The position numbers were made by a program, and so were the translations under genes. Under the pieces are notes generated by a model that saw nothing but the letters and a program-made list of their open reading frames with translations, did no database searches and was not told the origin of the DNA. 64,000 bases of DNA from Heterodontus francisci (Eukaryota): NCBI RefSeq assembly GCF_036365525.1, contig NC_090379.1, positions 92,489,206-92,553,205 on the forward strand, read 5' to 3'. This document shows positions 1-11,399 of this stretch, one piece after another. Positions within the stretch are counted from its first letter, which is position 1. Each line of letters opens with the position of its first letter.

Positions 1-314
1 AAACTGTTCCCTCTTGTGAAAGGATCGAGAATGAGAGGGCATAGAATTAAAGAAATTAGCAAGTGAAGCAAAAGCGACTTGAGGAAAAACTTTTTCACGC
101 AGCGAATGGTTCAGGTCTGGAATGCACTGCCTGAGTGTAGTACAGGCAGGTTCAATCGTGGCATTCAAAAGGGAATTATACTGTTATCTGAAAAGGGAGA
201 ATGTGCAGGGTTACAGGAGAAGGTGGTGGAATGGCACTCGGTGAATTGCTCATTCAGGGTACTGGTGCAGACATGATCAGCTGAATGGCCTCCTGTGTTG
301 TAATGGTTCTGTGA
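1..314 (+). mobile_element. CR1-type LINE 3' end fragment
   Basis: RKNFFTQRMVQVWNALP, the typical CR1 ORF2 C-terminus, followed by a gaatggcctcct 3' UTR. Confidence 0.85.
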
Positions 315-900
315 ACTCAACACTATCCAGGCCAAAGCAGCCCGCTTGATTGGCACCCTATCCATCACCTTAAGCATTCACTCACCACAGTTGCACCCTG
401 AATGCATTGTGTACGATCTACAAGATGTACTACAGCAACTCACCAAGGCCACTTTAGCAGTACCTTCCAAATCATTGACCTCTACCGCCTAGAAGAACAA
501 AGGCATCAGGCACATGGGAACACCACTGCCTTCAAGTTCCCCTCCAAATCACACACCATCCTGACTTGGAAATATATTGCCGTTCCTCATCGTTGCTGGG
601 TTAAGATCCTGGAACTCCCTCGCTAGCAGAACTGTGGGTGTACCTACATTACATGGACTGCCATGGTTCAAGAAGGCAGCTGCTCACCACCTTCTCAAAG
701 AATGAGCAAATAAATATTATAATAGCAAAATTTGCAGATGCTGGAAATCTGAAATAAAAACAAGAAATGCTGGAAATACTCAGCAGGTCTGGCCGCATCT
801 GTGGAGAGAGAAGCAGAGTTAACGTTTCAGGTCAGTGACCCTTCATCAGAAATAAATACTGGTGTGTGTGATCCCATGAACAAATTATAAAACAAAAAAA
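315..900 (+). mobile_element. 3' end of the second LINE family (same as 17615-20740), interrupted by the element at 717-849
   Basis: Colinear with 20295-20740 (atccag..aaagcagcc.gcttgattggca, ccttctc, atcccatgaa + A-rich tail). Confidence 0.8.
717..849 (-). mobile_element. Short Penelope-like element (family A) with a hammerhead-like core
   Basis: Minus strand begins ctgatgaagggtcactgacctgaaacgttaac; flanked by the direct repeat aaataaata (708-716, 850-858); homologous to 5297-5407, 21941-22165 and 31531-31705. Confidence 0.75.
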
Positions 901-1651
901 AATCACCATTTTTATGCAGTGTATATGTTTAAATTCTGTAAACATGTAGAAAAGATAAATCTAGGTTAAAGGCAAGTCATCGCAGTAAAACCAGAAGGAT
1001 ACATTCTACCTGGTGAAGGGTGAATTTGGATAATGGTAAACTATGTAGCTCCCACTATTCAAACTCCAGCGAAGCTCCTGAACCCATAATAAGCATCGCA
1101 AAATCTTGATGCATGCTAACCGTCACCTAAATTTTGTCAACTTGGCTAAGTTGGGAAGACTCAGAGAGTATATTTACTCTATCACTCAAACAGAAGAATT
1201 AATAATTGGTTTAGAGACATAGGCATGATGATACTCTTCCACATGTGCCAGACACCCAGCTGATCAAAATCAAAAATTAAATTGGGTGTGAACTGACCCA
1301 ATGCAGGAAGGGTGGTAAAGTTGAACATATAGATAACTCAAGCCACAGACCAGAAGGTGTTTGACTTTCTCTTGTATACAAAAAGCTGCACAATTTTTAT
1401 GTTTTCAATTATTTAAGGTTTTAGAGCAAGGTGCAGTACTTTGTTTTAGTGTTTACTGCAGCTACTATGTCTTAAATGCAAAAAAAAACAATTTCAGTGT
1501 TGTGTGTCACAGTTGATCCTGAGATCTTTGTAGCCCTCTAGTTCCACTGTATTGGCAAAGCAGTGCTCTTGTATAATACTTTTAACAGCAACTTTTTAGA
1601 ACAAACTTCTTGTTTTGAAGGCTAATTTCTTTTCTCTTTTCCTTTTTGTAG

Positions 1652-1688
1652 GAAATGATGAGCAAGTGATTGTTCATGATGTTGCAAG
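1652..1688 (+). CDS. DCAF5: DCAF5 internal exon (likely exon 3), 37 nt: (G)NDEQVIVHDVA(S)
   Basis: Polypyrimidine tract + AG (1650-1651), GTAAG donor at 1689. Translation matches the DCAF5 segment GNDEQVILHDVES as I recall it; phase is compatible with the next exon. Absent from the ORF track. Confidence 0.93.
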
Positions 1689-1902
1689 GTAAGAAAAAAC
1701 ACCAATCTAATAGCATTATAGTATTTGTAAAAGGGCACAGAAGTTCATAGAAGTACACACAAGAGATAACAACATGTAATTCACAGGAGTTATTAAAATA
1801 ACAATAGGGTGATGTGAGCAGTATTGAGTGCACTATAATTCTAGTTTCATGTTTGCATTGTGCAGTTTAGAGAAGTCTAAGTCTGGTGAAAATAGGGACA
1901 TG

Positions 1903-1938
1903 TTGTCAAAGCTTTTCGTCTTGCACTCATCAAGACAA
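1903..1938 (-). ncRNA. Minimal type-I hammerhead ribozyme-like motif (C3U variant)
   Basis: UUGUC-UUGAUGA-GU gcaag AC-GAA-AAGCUU-U-GACAA: 5-bp stem I, core, short stem II, palindromic stem III. Confidence 0.62.
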
Positions 1939-2126
1939 TTGCAAGAATAACCAATGTATGGGAAAACAACAACTTGTACTGCGTGAGAAGAGCGTGCTGA
2001 TTGGTTGACAAGTGAACTCTGATTCTCCATGGCCTCATCCAGTCAGAGTTCACTTGTCAACCAATCAGCACTCTCTTCTCATGCAGTATAGGTTGTTGTC
2101 TTCCCTTACATTGGTTATGCTTGCGA

Positions 2127-2162
2127 TTGTCCAGATGAGTGCAAGACGAAAAGCTTTGACAA
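2127..2162 (+). ncRNA. Minimal type-I hammerhead ribozyme-like motif (U4A variant)
   Basis: UUGUC-CAGAUGA-GU gcaag AC-GAA-AAGCUU-U-GACAA; the consensus with the other arm restores CUGAUGA. Confidence 0.62.
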
Positions 2163-3122
2163 CATGTCCCTATTTTCAGCAATACTCAAGACTGATTGGC
2201 ATGGTGATAGCATTTTGAACTTCACATCCAATGTTACCTGTGAAAGTATTCAACAATTTTTGTGTGTACTAAATTGTACTGATTTAATAATGGTCATTCT
2301 GGCTAGTTCCATGTTAATCTGAATTTGGATGGGTGTGACTCTAATTTGGATGTGGTCTTGATGTGTCCATGGTGAGAACTGGGGTGATGGATTTGTGGGA
2401 CTCACTACAGGGTAAGATGCAGATAGTAGAGTTCTTGATGGGTTGCATGGTGGATCCTGGGAGGCGACCTATGCCTCAAGATGGAAACAGCATGGGCTGC
2501 CATGGGAACAAGGGTAGGGTGGTTGATCTGGAGGCAAAAATAGGCAGTGGTGGTGACAGACTCAGTGTGATTTGACATTCAACTCTGGGTCCGACAGGAG
2601 TTTGTGTACCATTTCAGCACTGTCATCCATCTAGAACTGTCCAGAGAGCTTTGAATGTTCTTTTGGAAATTCAAATTGTACTCAGTGGTCAATACTACAG
2701 CAGTTATTTGTAATCTGCATGGTAGACATAAGGCTGTTTGTGTTCCTTCTGCCTTGAATGCTTTTGGGTTTATTGCATGGTTGCTTTTAACATTTGAGAA
2801 AAGAATGAATCATTGAAATGATCACTTTCTCAGCAGCAGAAACTGGAAGTTATATGAAGTGTTATAGAAAAGGGCTGTGTGCAGTTTGGGAGGTAAGGAA
2901 GAAGCAAATACTATTATTTATGCTGTGGCAAATGGATTGCACAAGTTATCTGTTTTATATACATATTTTTAGTTGCAACCATTTCACAATATTGCTCTGA
3001 CACTCCTTCCTTCCTGTTGTGATGAGTTTAGTTTTTTTGTGTTTCTCCCATCTTGCCATGGTTAGCAGCTTGGCTGAAATTGTTAATGATGCAAATTTAG
3101 GTACATTTTCATTTTTTTCCAG

Positions 3123-3259
3123 CACTGAAATAGTGAGTGTTTTTCCCCATGATGATGCTGTATATGGCCTGTCCGTGAGTCCTGTGAATGACAATGTCTT
3201 TGCCAGTTCCTCAGATGATGGCAGAGTTCTTATCTGGGATATACGGGACTCGCATGGAG
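3123..3259 (+). CDS. DCAF5: DCAF5 exon (likely 4), 137 nt: (S)TEIVSVFPHDDAVYGLSVSPVNDNVFASSSDDGRVLIWDIRDSHG
   Basis: ttttttccAG acceptor, GTGAGT donor at 3260; WD40 repeat ending in a WDxR (DWD) motif; overlaps ORF 3019..3270. Confidence 0.96.
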
Positions 3260-3804
3260 GTGAGTGTTAAGAAATGAGTCATACAAAATAAAACTCATGT
3301 GGCTCAAACAATGTACTAAGTCCCTCTGAACAAGATTATAACCTTCTGGTCACCACTCCTTGTTTGCCTACATAACTCGCTGCCCTTGTTTGTGTATGAA
3401 ACTTTGAGACATTTTAAAGAAGTGATGGAGTGATATTTTTCCATCCCTTAAGAGAATATGTATATGGTTTCAGTTTAATGAGTTTTAATCTTTATCTTGA
3501 GCTGACAAAGGCTGTCTTTGAATATAGTACTCTGTACACTCTGTAGCCTTGACATACTTCACTGTGTGCATAAACAAGGCAGTGATTGTGACCCTTCCAA
3601 AAACCGGGAAAACTCTATTCCAAAATATACTGCGGTGTATTTCTAAATTGGCAATATTCTGCTTTGTTAACATATTGCAGAACACTGCTGATCCTCACTT
3701 TAAAGAGCATAAAAATTGGCTTTCATTTCTCCCACCTCCTCCAGATTTGTTTATTACAGAAATTGCACACTTGGGCTGCAAATTTGTAGTTGGACAGTTT
3801 TTGT

Positions 3805-4565
3805 AGGTGTGAATTTTTTGCTTCCTTTAGCCAATAGCATGACTGTTTTCTGAGGTAGCTCACAATGCAGTAACGGGGCTGTTTTTGGTGGGGGAGGTGG
3901 AGCTCCCAGTGCCAGGCCGAAAAAGTGAGGGGAGCCCTGCCTTGGCCATTTTGCGCTTCCCTGAGAGGTCCTCTGGTCTTTTAACATTAAGTTTCATGAG
4001 CCCGGATCCCTGTCCCTTTAAAGAGAAGGATCCCACCTCCAAGAACTGCAAGCCAATCAAAGGGCTGGCAGCTCATCAGTATCGGCAGCACCACCGGGTG
4101 CTGTGGCCATTGCTGGTACTACAGAGGTTTCCAACCCAGGCCCAGCGCTGGAACCCTAGACCTCAGGTCAGTGAGCTGGGGTTGCTGGGGCCAGTCTGGG
4201 TGGCCCTGGTGTGGGGGGTGGTTGTGCAGTCCAGGGGGAGATGATTCACTGCGGGGTTTCTCCATGAGCCACAGACTGCCCACCAAGGAGGGTCCCCCAA
4301 CCCCAAGTCCGCGTGGCGGAGACACCCCCTGCCGCCGGTACGATCCCAGCAGTGGTGGTAAGAAGCCTTTAATTAGCCGTTAATAGGCCACTTATGGGCC
4401 TGAATTGGCCTCTGGCTGGGAAGGCCATCATCAGCCTATCCCAGCCCTGGGAAAATCACGTGGCGATAGGGCGGCGACGGGATCTCTGCCTCACCCGCCA
4501 CACTTTGCGATTCTGTGGGCCACCCTGCCACCGACCCCACCTTGGGGGCCCATAAAATCCAACTC
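3805..4565. mobile_element. GC-rich non-autonomous DNA-transposon-like element (MITE)
   Basis: Sharp GC-rich island; ends aggtgtgaatttt ... aaaatccaactc resemble the termini of 49513-50322; no coherent ORF. Confidence 0.5.
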
Positions 4566-4759
4566 ACAGCCTCTACTCACTTTCTCATATGTATTCTACA
4601 CTCTCTGTACTCTATTTGCAAGCTGTTTCTGATTTAATAGATTGGACTAAGGTATGCTAGTGAAAGAAGATAACAAGCATTGAGGGAACACTTTCACCAT
4701 AAAATCCTTCCCAATCAAAATCCATTCTCCCCAGTCCCCAAACATTTCCTTCTACCAAA

Positions 4760-4970
4760 TATGTCTTTATGCTTTAGAATTCCCTCCCTAAACTTCTCAA
4801 TGTGTTTCATCATCTTTAAGACCCATCCCCCTTAGAATCCAGCTTATTGAACAAGCTTTAGGTCACCTCGCTTATTATCTCCTTTTTGGCTCAGCATCCA
4901 TTTATTTCTGACTATGCCTCTATGTAGAGCAGATCTACAAAAAGGAGGACTATCAAATGCAACAACTTGC
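4760..4970 (+). mobile_element. L2-type LINE 3' tail remnant
   Basis: gaattccctccctaaac...aacaagctttaggtcacc...tatcaaatgcaa, similar to the tails at 28400-28615 and 52515-52710. Confidence 0.6.
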
Positions 4971-5296
4971 GAAATAATGGCTAGTTAAAGGTGAGCACCA
5001 TTATTGGTGTTTAAACAACTCAGTCGACTGTGATGAGGAATACGTACACTATGTGTTGTGAATTACAACAGATTCCTGGATGATTAGTGCTACTCTGCAT
5101 TAGTGTCACAAAGACCTGAACTCGCCATCAACCTCCCCATGTGTAACCAGAAATTTCTGCATTTGTGCTGCAAATACAAATTAAACTTGCTGGAGAAAAT
5201 CAGGGCTGCTATTTAATGGTACAAAGACTTTGGTATTGAGATAATTTTTGTTTCCAATGGCCTTCCACTTCTAAACCAGTTGACAGTTAAATGACC

Positions 5297-5407
5297 TAAA
5301 ATACATAATAAATAAAAACAAAAAGTGCTGGAATATTCAGCAGATCTAGCAGCATCTGTGGAGAGAGAAGCAGAGTTAACATTTCATGTCAGTGACCTTT
5401 CATCAGA
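5297..5407 (-). mobile_element. Short Penelope-like element (family A), degenerate hammerhead core
   Basis: Minus strand tctgatgaaaggtcactgacatgaaatgttaac; perfect 14-bp flanking direct repeat acagttaaatgacc (5283-5296, 5408-5421). Confidence 0.78.
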
Positions 5408-6166
5408 ACAGTTAAATGACCATTGTTTTGCACATGCCACATGAAACACTCATTCAGGATGCAAGTTAAACTGCTATGTTAAATTTATTTCAACTTGGCA
5501 GGAATTAGCTATCTCTCCCCACCCCATACTGCCACCCTTTTCTCCCTCCCCCTCACCCCCCACCATTAACAGGGTCTTTAATTTCTAAATAACCAACAAT
5601 TAACCTGCTGATTTCACAAGTAATGCACGCTTTGAATTGATAGAAAATATCTAGCTTTCATGTGTCGGCAGCAGCTGCCAATAGTTCCTGAATTTTATGA
5701 ATTAAAAAGCAATAATAACCTAAACCCTGGGCAGTAGGCTGATTTATTCATCTGTTTGTGTCATGTTCCATAGGCAAAGCAACTTAGAACTACACATTTT
5801 TTAGCATTAAACTCAGCGATAGACTTGCTTAAATAGCATCCAAGCTGCCACTTCAGAGCTCTGCTGCCCATTTAAATCTTTTTGTTTACTTGGTTATTAA
5901 GGTGATCAATTCTTGGTACCAAATATGCCCCGTTTTCAATTTGCACTTCCAGCAATTTGCAACACAAAATTAATTGAAGCTCAAGCATGAGGGAAGAAAT
6001 GCAACCCATGGCACTCACTGAGATGCCATTCTCCAGCAAATTCTGGGCCATTAATATCATGTAACGGGTGGTCGTTGTTTTAAAATAACGGAATGAAACT
6101 TCACTTGTGACTATTGTTTTTCTTGTCTGCAAGTTTTGACCTTCACATGCATTTCACTTGTTTCAG

Positions 6167-6296
6167 AACCATTTTGTTTGGCAAATTACCCATCAGCCTT
6201 TCACAGTGTGATGTTTAACCCTGTGGAGCCTAGACTTTTGGCTACTGCAAATTCGAAAGAAGGAGTGGGCTTGTGGGACATCCGCAAGCCTCGAAG
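6167..6296 (+). CDS. DCAF5: DCAF5 exon (likely 5), 130 nt: (E)PFCLANYPSAFHSVMFNPVEPRLLATANSKEGVGLWDIRKPR(S)
   Basis: tttcAG acceptor, GTGAG donor at 6297; WD40 repeat with a second WDxR motif; frame continuous with the flanking exons. Confidence 0.96.
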
Positions 6297-8509
6297 GTGA
6301 GCTAATTCTTAGTTCAGTCTTGTCTTCTTTGAGCCTTATCTTTGTCATTAAGAGAAATTCATATGGAACGCTACACAATAAAATTGCCTCATGAATATGG
6401 ATGCTGGATTATAGGTATCTTATAGGTGAGAGGAGTGGGGACATGACCTACCGCTGTGAAGCTAATCAAAATTTGGCATATGATTTTTGCTATTCAGTAT
6501 TTTTGCTGTTATGAATTCAAATATGATTGGCATCCTCAGCAGTTGATCAGGTTACATGATATTCAGTTAAGAGGTCTCTCTGTCAGCAACTTGTTAAATT
6601 GACAAATTGTGCAGTAAACTTGTAGCATGTCCAGTGCTAATAATCTCGACACCTGGTAGGATTGGCACTGTTCATGAAAACAACAAGGAAGTCTTCAAAG
6701 CAGACTGTTTTGCTATGTGACCTGACCTGTTATGTTGGTTCTGAATTGTCATATGATTTTGTTGGTCAGCTGCAAAACCTACAATTTAAAACCTTAATCT
6801 CATTACTTATATAAAGTAACCCTGAGTTTTACACTTGTTTAAAAATTTGTTCACAATTTATAAAATGTACCTTTCAGAAGCTATGTAAGCCTTTCTCTTG
6901 GACTATAATGGAGCAAAAATTGTAACTGCAGCCTTAATTCAAAGTTGCTTAATTCAAGTTATTTGATAATTCAGTTTTTACACTAAATTCCCACTTTGTG
7001 GTGTTTAAGTTACTTAATTAAATTTTTGATTGTTTTTTGCCACAGAAAAACTTTGAATTATCAGCAATAGACAATAGGTGAATCTTAAAGTATCCTCTGA
7101 AACAAATCTGAGTAGTTCACATGCATTGAAATTTTAAAGTTGCTTTGGTGTTGCTTTTTTTTTTAAAAAGGGGGGAAAAAATGCACAGAATAGTGTTTTG
7201 TGGGAGTTAATTAAACCACTGAGTACGATATAATTAAGTTGTCGGGAATCTTCTCGGATGATTAAACCACCATATGGGAGGAACAAGAGTAATTAAACTA
7301 TTCAATTACCAAATCTGCTATAGATTGTAATCAAATGGAATTTAAGAAACTAGTATTTTTAATTTTTATCATTTAGTTAGAATGAGTTATTTTTAATGTT
7401 TATTTAACAGAAAAATACAAAATTCTCTCTGCTATGCTGTTGTAAATTCATAGCATACTTAATTAACCTGATGTAAAACATACATAACAATTATGATTGA
7501 TTTCCATAAGTTTTAACTTTTTTTTAAAAAAGCGATAAGTTTAATCTTGTTTTTGTAATACCCACTGTTTTATTACACTTGCTACTCAGTGATGCCAGAT
7601 ATCACCGGTTGTCACCTATAATTCAATAAGCCTTGGCCATCCAAGCTAACCATTCAGTATTTTTGGAAAATTGTAGGCATTTGTTGTTCCTTGAATAATA
7701 AGTAGAATTCTGGAGGGTCGCAGGCTATACTTAGTAAGTAATTTAAACAGTTAAAAATGAAGTGTACAGAAAGTGCAGAAAAAGGAAAGAAAAAACAGAA
7801 GAAAACTTCAGAATCTTTTGGATGTGCGTTTCTTAGATTTTTAGAGTTCAGTGTTGTGTACTTTAGAGGTCAGTGGATTGACTACCATGGCAGTCCAGCT
7901 GGAACCCATTGCATGCACATCCTCTTCTATGTGGTAATTCCAGACTAATTCATGCATCCTGGATAAACACGTGTGCAGGAAGTGCTGCCAATTGCTTGAG
8001 CTCGAGCTCTGGGTTTTGGAGCTTGAGTGACTGGTGTTACTGCAGTGCCTCCAGGGGTCTGTGAATTTCCTCGAAGGTATGTTCCAGCATGAGTTCACCC
8101 CACAGCTGCAGGAGATGAGGGAATGGGTGACCACCGGACAAGTAAGGAGGAAGACACAGGTACTGCAGCAATTCCCCAAGACAGTGGCACTTGCTAAATT
8201 GTTTTCAGTTTTGAATATTGGGGAGGTTGACTACTGCTTGGAGAAATGCAGTGACAATCAAGCCCTTTGCACATGGAAGAAGAGGGTAGAAATGCAATTG
8301 TCATAGAGGTTTTGATAGTTGGGGGATAGACAAGTGCTTCTATAACTGCAAATGTGATTCCAGAATGGTATGTTGCCAGGAATGGATTCTTAATCCTGGT
8401 TATCAAATATTCAGGATTGATAGAAAAGGAATAAGAGAAAGGGGTGTGGCAGTATTGATTTAAGAATGATGTTGCAATTCTAAAGAGAGAGAGAATTTAC
8501 TAATTTAAT

Positions 8510-8700
8510 TTAGGTTGATAGGTAAATTGGCCATTATAAATTGCCCCTAGTATAGGTAGGTGGTAGGGAAATATAGGGACAGGTGGGGATGTGGTAGGAA
8601 TATGGAATTAGTGTAGGATTAGTATAAATGGGTGGTTGATGGTCGGCACAGACTCGGTGGGCCGAAGGGCCTGTTTCAGTGCTGTATCACTAAACTAAAC
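8510..8700 (+). mobile_element. 5'-truncated HE1/V-SINE
   Basis: Matches the 3' half of 41036-41390; ends gggcctgtttcagtgctgtatcactaaactaaac. Confidence 0.85.
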
Positions 8701-10811
8701 TCGATGGTTCTGGGACTGAGTCTGTTTGGCTTGAGTTGAGGAACAGAGGGGGCACTGTTATATTATTGGGAGATTTATTTTTATACATAGAGCTCCAAAT
8801 AGAAGGACATAGATGAGCAAATTTGTCCGCAAGTTTCAAAGGCATATAAAAAAAATAAAGTAATAATATTAGACTTTGTTTTTCCCAGTCTATATTAGGG
8901 TAATTATAGTGCAATGGGTAGGAAAAGAGAGGAATTTCTAATTTGTGTACTTTCTCGATCAATGTGTCTCCAGTCCAACAAGGAAGGAAGTAGTGTTGGA
9001 TCTGGTTCTGGCAATTGAAATAGGGATAATGGAATGTGTTACAGTAGAAGATTATCTGGCCAGCAGTATCTGCAACATAATTCGGTTTAAATAGACCAGA
9101 AAATATCGATGGTACAAAAGCATAAGAGCTCATTTTACTGATTTATTAAGAGACGTAGCACAGGTCGATTAGAAAAGGTGATTGCAGGGTAAAGCAGTAA
9201 AGGAGCAATGGAAGGCATTCAGGGAAGTGTGTGTTCAGGTACAACTAGGTATATTCCTTTTGAAAGGAAAAGGTAGAGCAATAGCTAATGTGCCCTAGCT
9301 GACAGAGGAAATAAAAGTTAAAGCAGAAAAAGGTGGTTTATGACAAATGTAAGAAGCAAGATTCAGTTAATAACCAGGAAGATTATGGGAAGTACAGGAG
9401 GGATTGAAAAAGTTAACCCAGGAGGCAAGGAGAGGTTACGAGAAAAGAATAGCAGGTAACATTAATTTGAATCCTAAAACATTTTAAGAGCATGTAAGGA
9501 ATAAGTGGTTTGCTCAGGAAATGTTGGGCCTATTAAGGATCCAAAGGGAAATTGTCATGTAGAGGCAGAGGACACGGGAGAAGTATGAAATGTGTGCTTT
9601 GTATATTTCTTCACATGGAGCGAAATGCTGTAAAGGTTACTTTAAAACAGGAGAGGAAAGTTATGGCAGGAAAATAATAGGTGGAGATGATGTAGTAAAA
9701 AGAATAACATTACTGAAAGTTGGTAAGTTAACTGGTCCAGATGGAATGTATCCTCAATGGCTGAAAGAAGCCAGGGTAGAAATAGTAGAGGCATTGGTCA
9801 CAATCTTTCAATCCTCATTGGATGCAGGGTTAGTGCTGGGGAACGGGAGGGTTGCTAACGTTATACCACTATTTAAGAAAAGGAGGGAATAAATCAGGAA
9901 ACTATAAACCAGTCAGGCGGTGGGGAAATTATTGGAAACCATTATCGGACAAAATAAACTTCTATTTTGAAAGGCATGGGTTAACCAAGGAGAGCCAGCA
10001 TGGATTTGTTAAAGGTAAATAGTGTCTGACTAACTTGATTGAATTATTTGAGGTAGCAGAGAAGGTTGATCAAGGTAGTACAGTAGATGTTGTGTAATAT
10101 GGATTTTTGGAAGGCATTTGACTCAGTGCTGCATAGGAGACTTATTAAGATGAAAGCACATGGAATTAAGGGGCAAGTGGTGGTATGGTTACAAAATGGG
10201 CTCAATGATGGGAAACAAAGGGATGTTTTTCAAACAGGCAGTGCAGGCTGGTTTGCAGTGGTATTCCCCAAGGATCAGTTTTGGATCCATTACTCTTGCA
10301 CTGTTTATAAATGACCTAGTCTCTGGTGTAGGGAGCAGCATTATAACGTTTGCCGATGATACGAAACCTGGCAAAGTAGTAGATCAAGACAAGTATAATT
10401 AGAGGCTTCAGGATGACACAGACAGATTGCTGAAATGGGCAGAAGCATGGCAGATGGAGTTCAGTGTAGAGCAGTATGAAGTGATGCACTTTGGGAAGAC
10501 TAATATGGGAAGACAGTATACTGTAAATGGCATAATTTTGAAAAGAGTAGATGAGCAAGAGATCATGGTGTTCAAGTACACAAATCCTTAAAAGTGGCAG
10601 GGCAAGTTGATAAGGTGGTTTAAAATGTATATGGGTAACTTGGGTTTATAAATAGTACAATAGAGTATGAAAGCAAAAGATCATGCTAATTTTGTAAATC
10701 ACTAGTTAGGCCTCAACGTAGTGCTCTATCAGAAAAGGTGTGAAAGCTGATTCCATAAATAATTTTAAATAGGAGCTGGACAGGTTCTTGAGGAACTGGC
10801 AGGATTAGAGT

Positions 10812-11140
10812 CATAGAGAGATACAGCACTGAAACAGGCCTTTCGGCCCACCAAGTCTGTGCCGACCATCAACCACCCATTTATACTAATCCTACATTAA
10901 TCCCATGTCCCCTACCACATCCCCACAATTCTCCTACCATCTACTTCATTTGGGGGAATTTACAATGGCCAATTTTACCTATCAACCTGCAAGTCTTTGG
11001 CTGTGGGAGGAAACCTGAGCACCCGGCGGAAACCCACGCGGTCACAGGGAGAACTTGCAAACTCCACACAGGCAGTACCCAGAACCGAATCTGGGTCGCT
11101 GGAGCTGTGAGGCTGCGGTGCTAACCACTGTGCCGCCCCC
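10812..11140 (-). mobile_element. Full-length tRNA-derived HE1/V-SINE
   Basis: Minus strand head gggcggcacagtggttagcaccgcagcctcacagctccagcgaccc, V-domain gtgtggagtttgcaagttctcc, CR1-like tail. Confidence 0.9.
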
Positions 11141-11399
11141 GATTCTGGATAAAAGGTGGAAATGTGGGATTAAGCAGGACAGCTCTTTCAAAGAACCAGC
11201 ACCGGCACAACAGGCTGAATGGCCTCCTTCTGTGCTGTAAGTTTCAATGATTCTTTATGGAGCAGGACCAACTTGAGTCTGAAGCTGATGTCAATCCTCC
11301 TAGTCCAGATGAAACACAGGGGGAAGAGCACAAAGAGGACAATAAATGAACATGTACTACCTCATATCTCTGCTGATGAGATTCTTTCAGGTGCAGGAT

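Larger units (their letters stand above)
1887..2178. repeat. Long inverted repeat (138-bp arms, 16-nt spacer), Penelope-like family B
   Basis: 1887-2024 is the reverse complement of 2041-2178 with scattered mismatches. Confidence 0.92.
7830..11255 (+). mobile_element. Near full-length decayed CR1 LINE (ORF1 + ORF2 relics) carrying two SINE insertions
   Basis: ORF1-like VCRKCCQLLELELWVLELE near 7971; RT motifs GPDGMYPQWLKE, MDFWKAFDSVLH, TFADDTK; 3' end ggctgaatggcctccttctgtgctgt; many stops and frameshifts. Confidence 0.85.

Noticed and set aside
3019-3270. 83-aa ORF as a standalone gene
   Set aside because: Only 3123-3259 is exonic; the rest is intron read-through across clear splice sites.
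3754-4632. Cluster of overlapping ORFs on both strands
   Set aside because: Expected from the low stop-codon density of GC-rich repeat sequence; no recognisable domain.
6920-7065. Possible Tc1/Tigger-like MITE remnant (taattcaa repeats, ttgaattatc)
   Set aside because: TIRs and TSD too degenerate to support.
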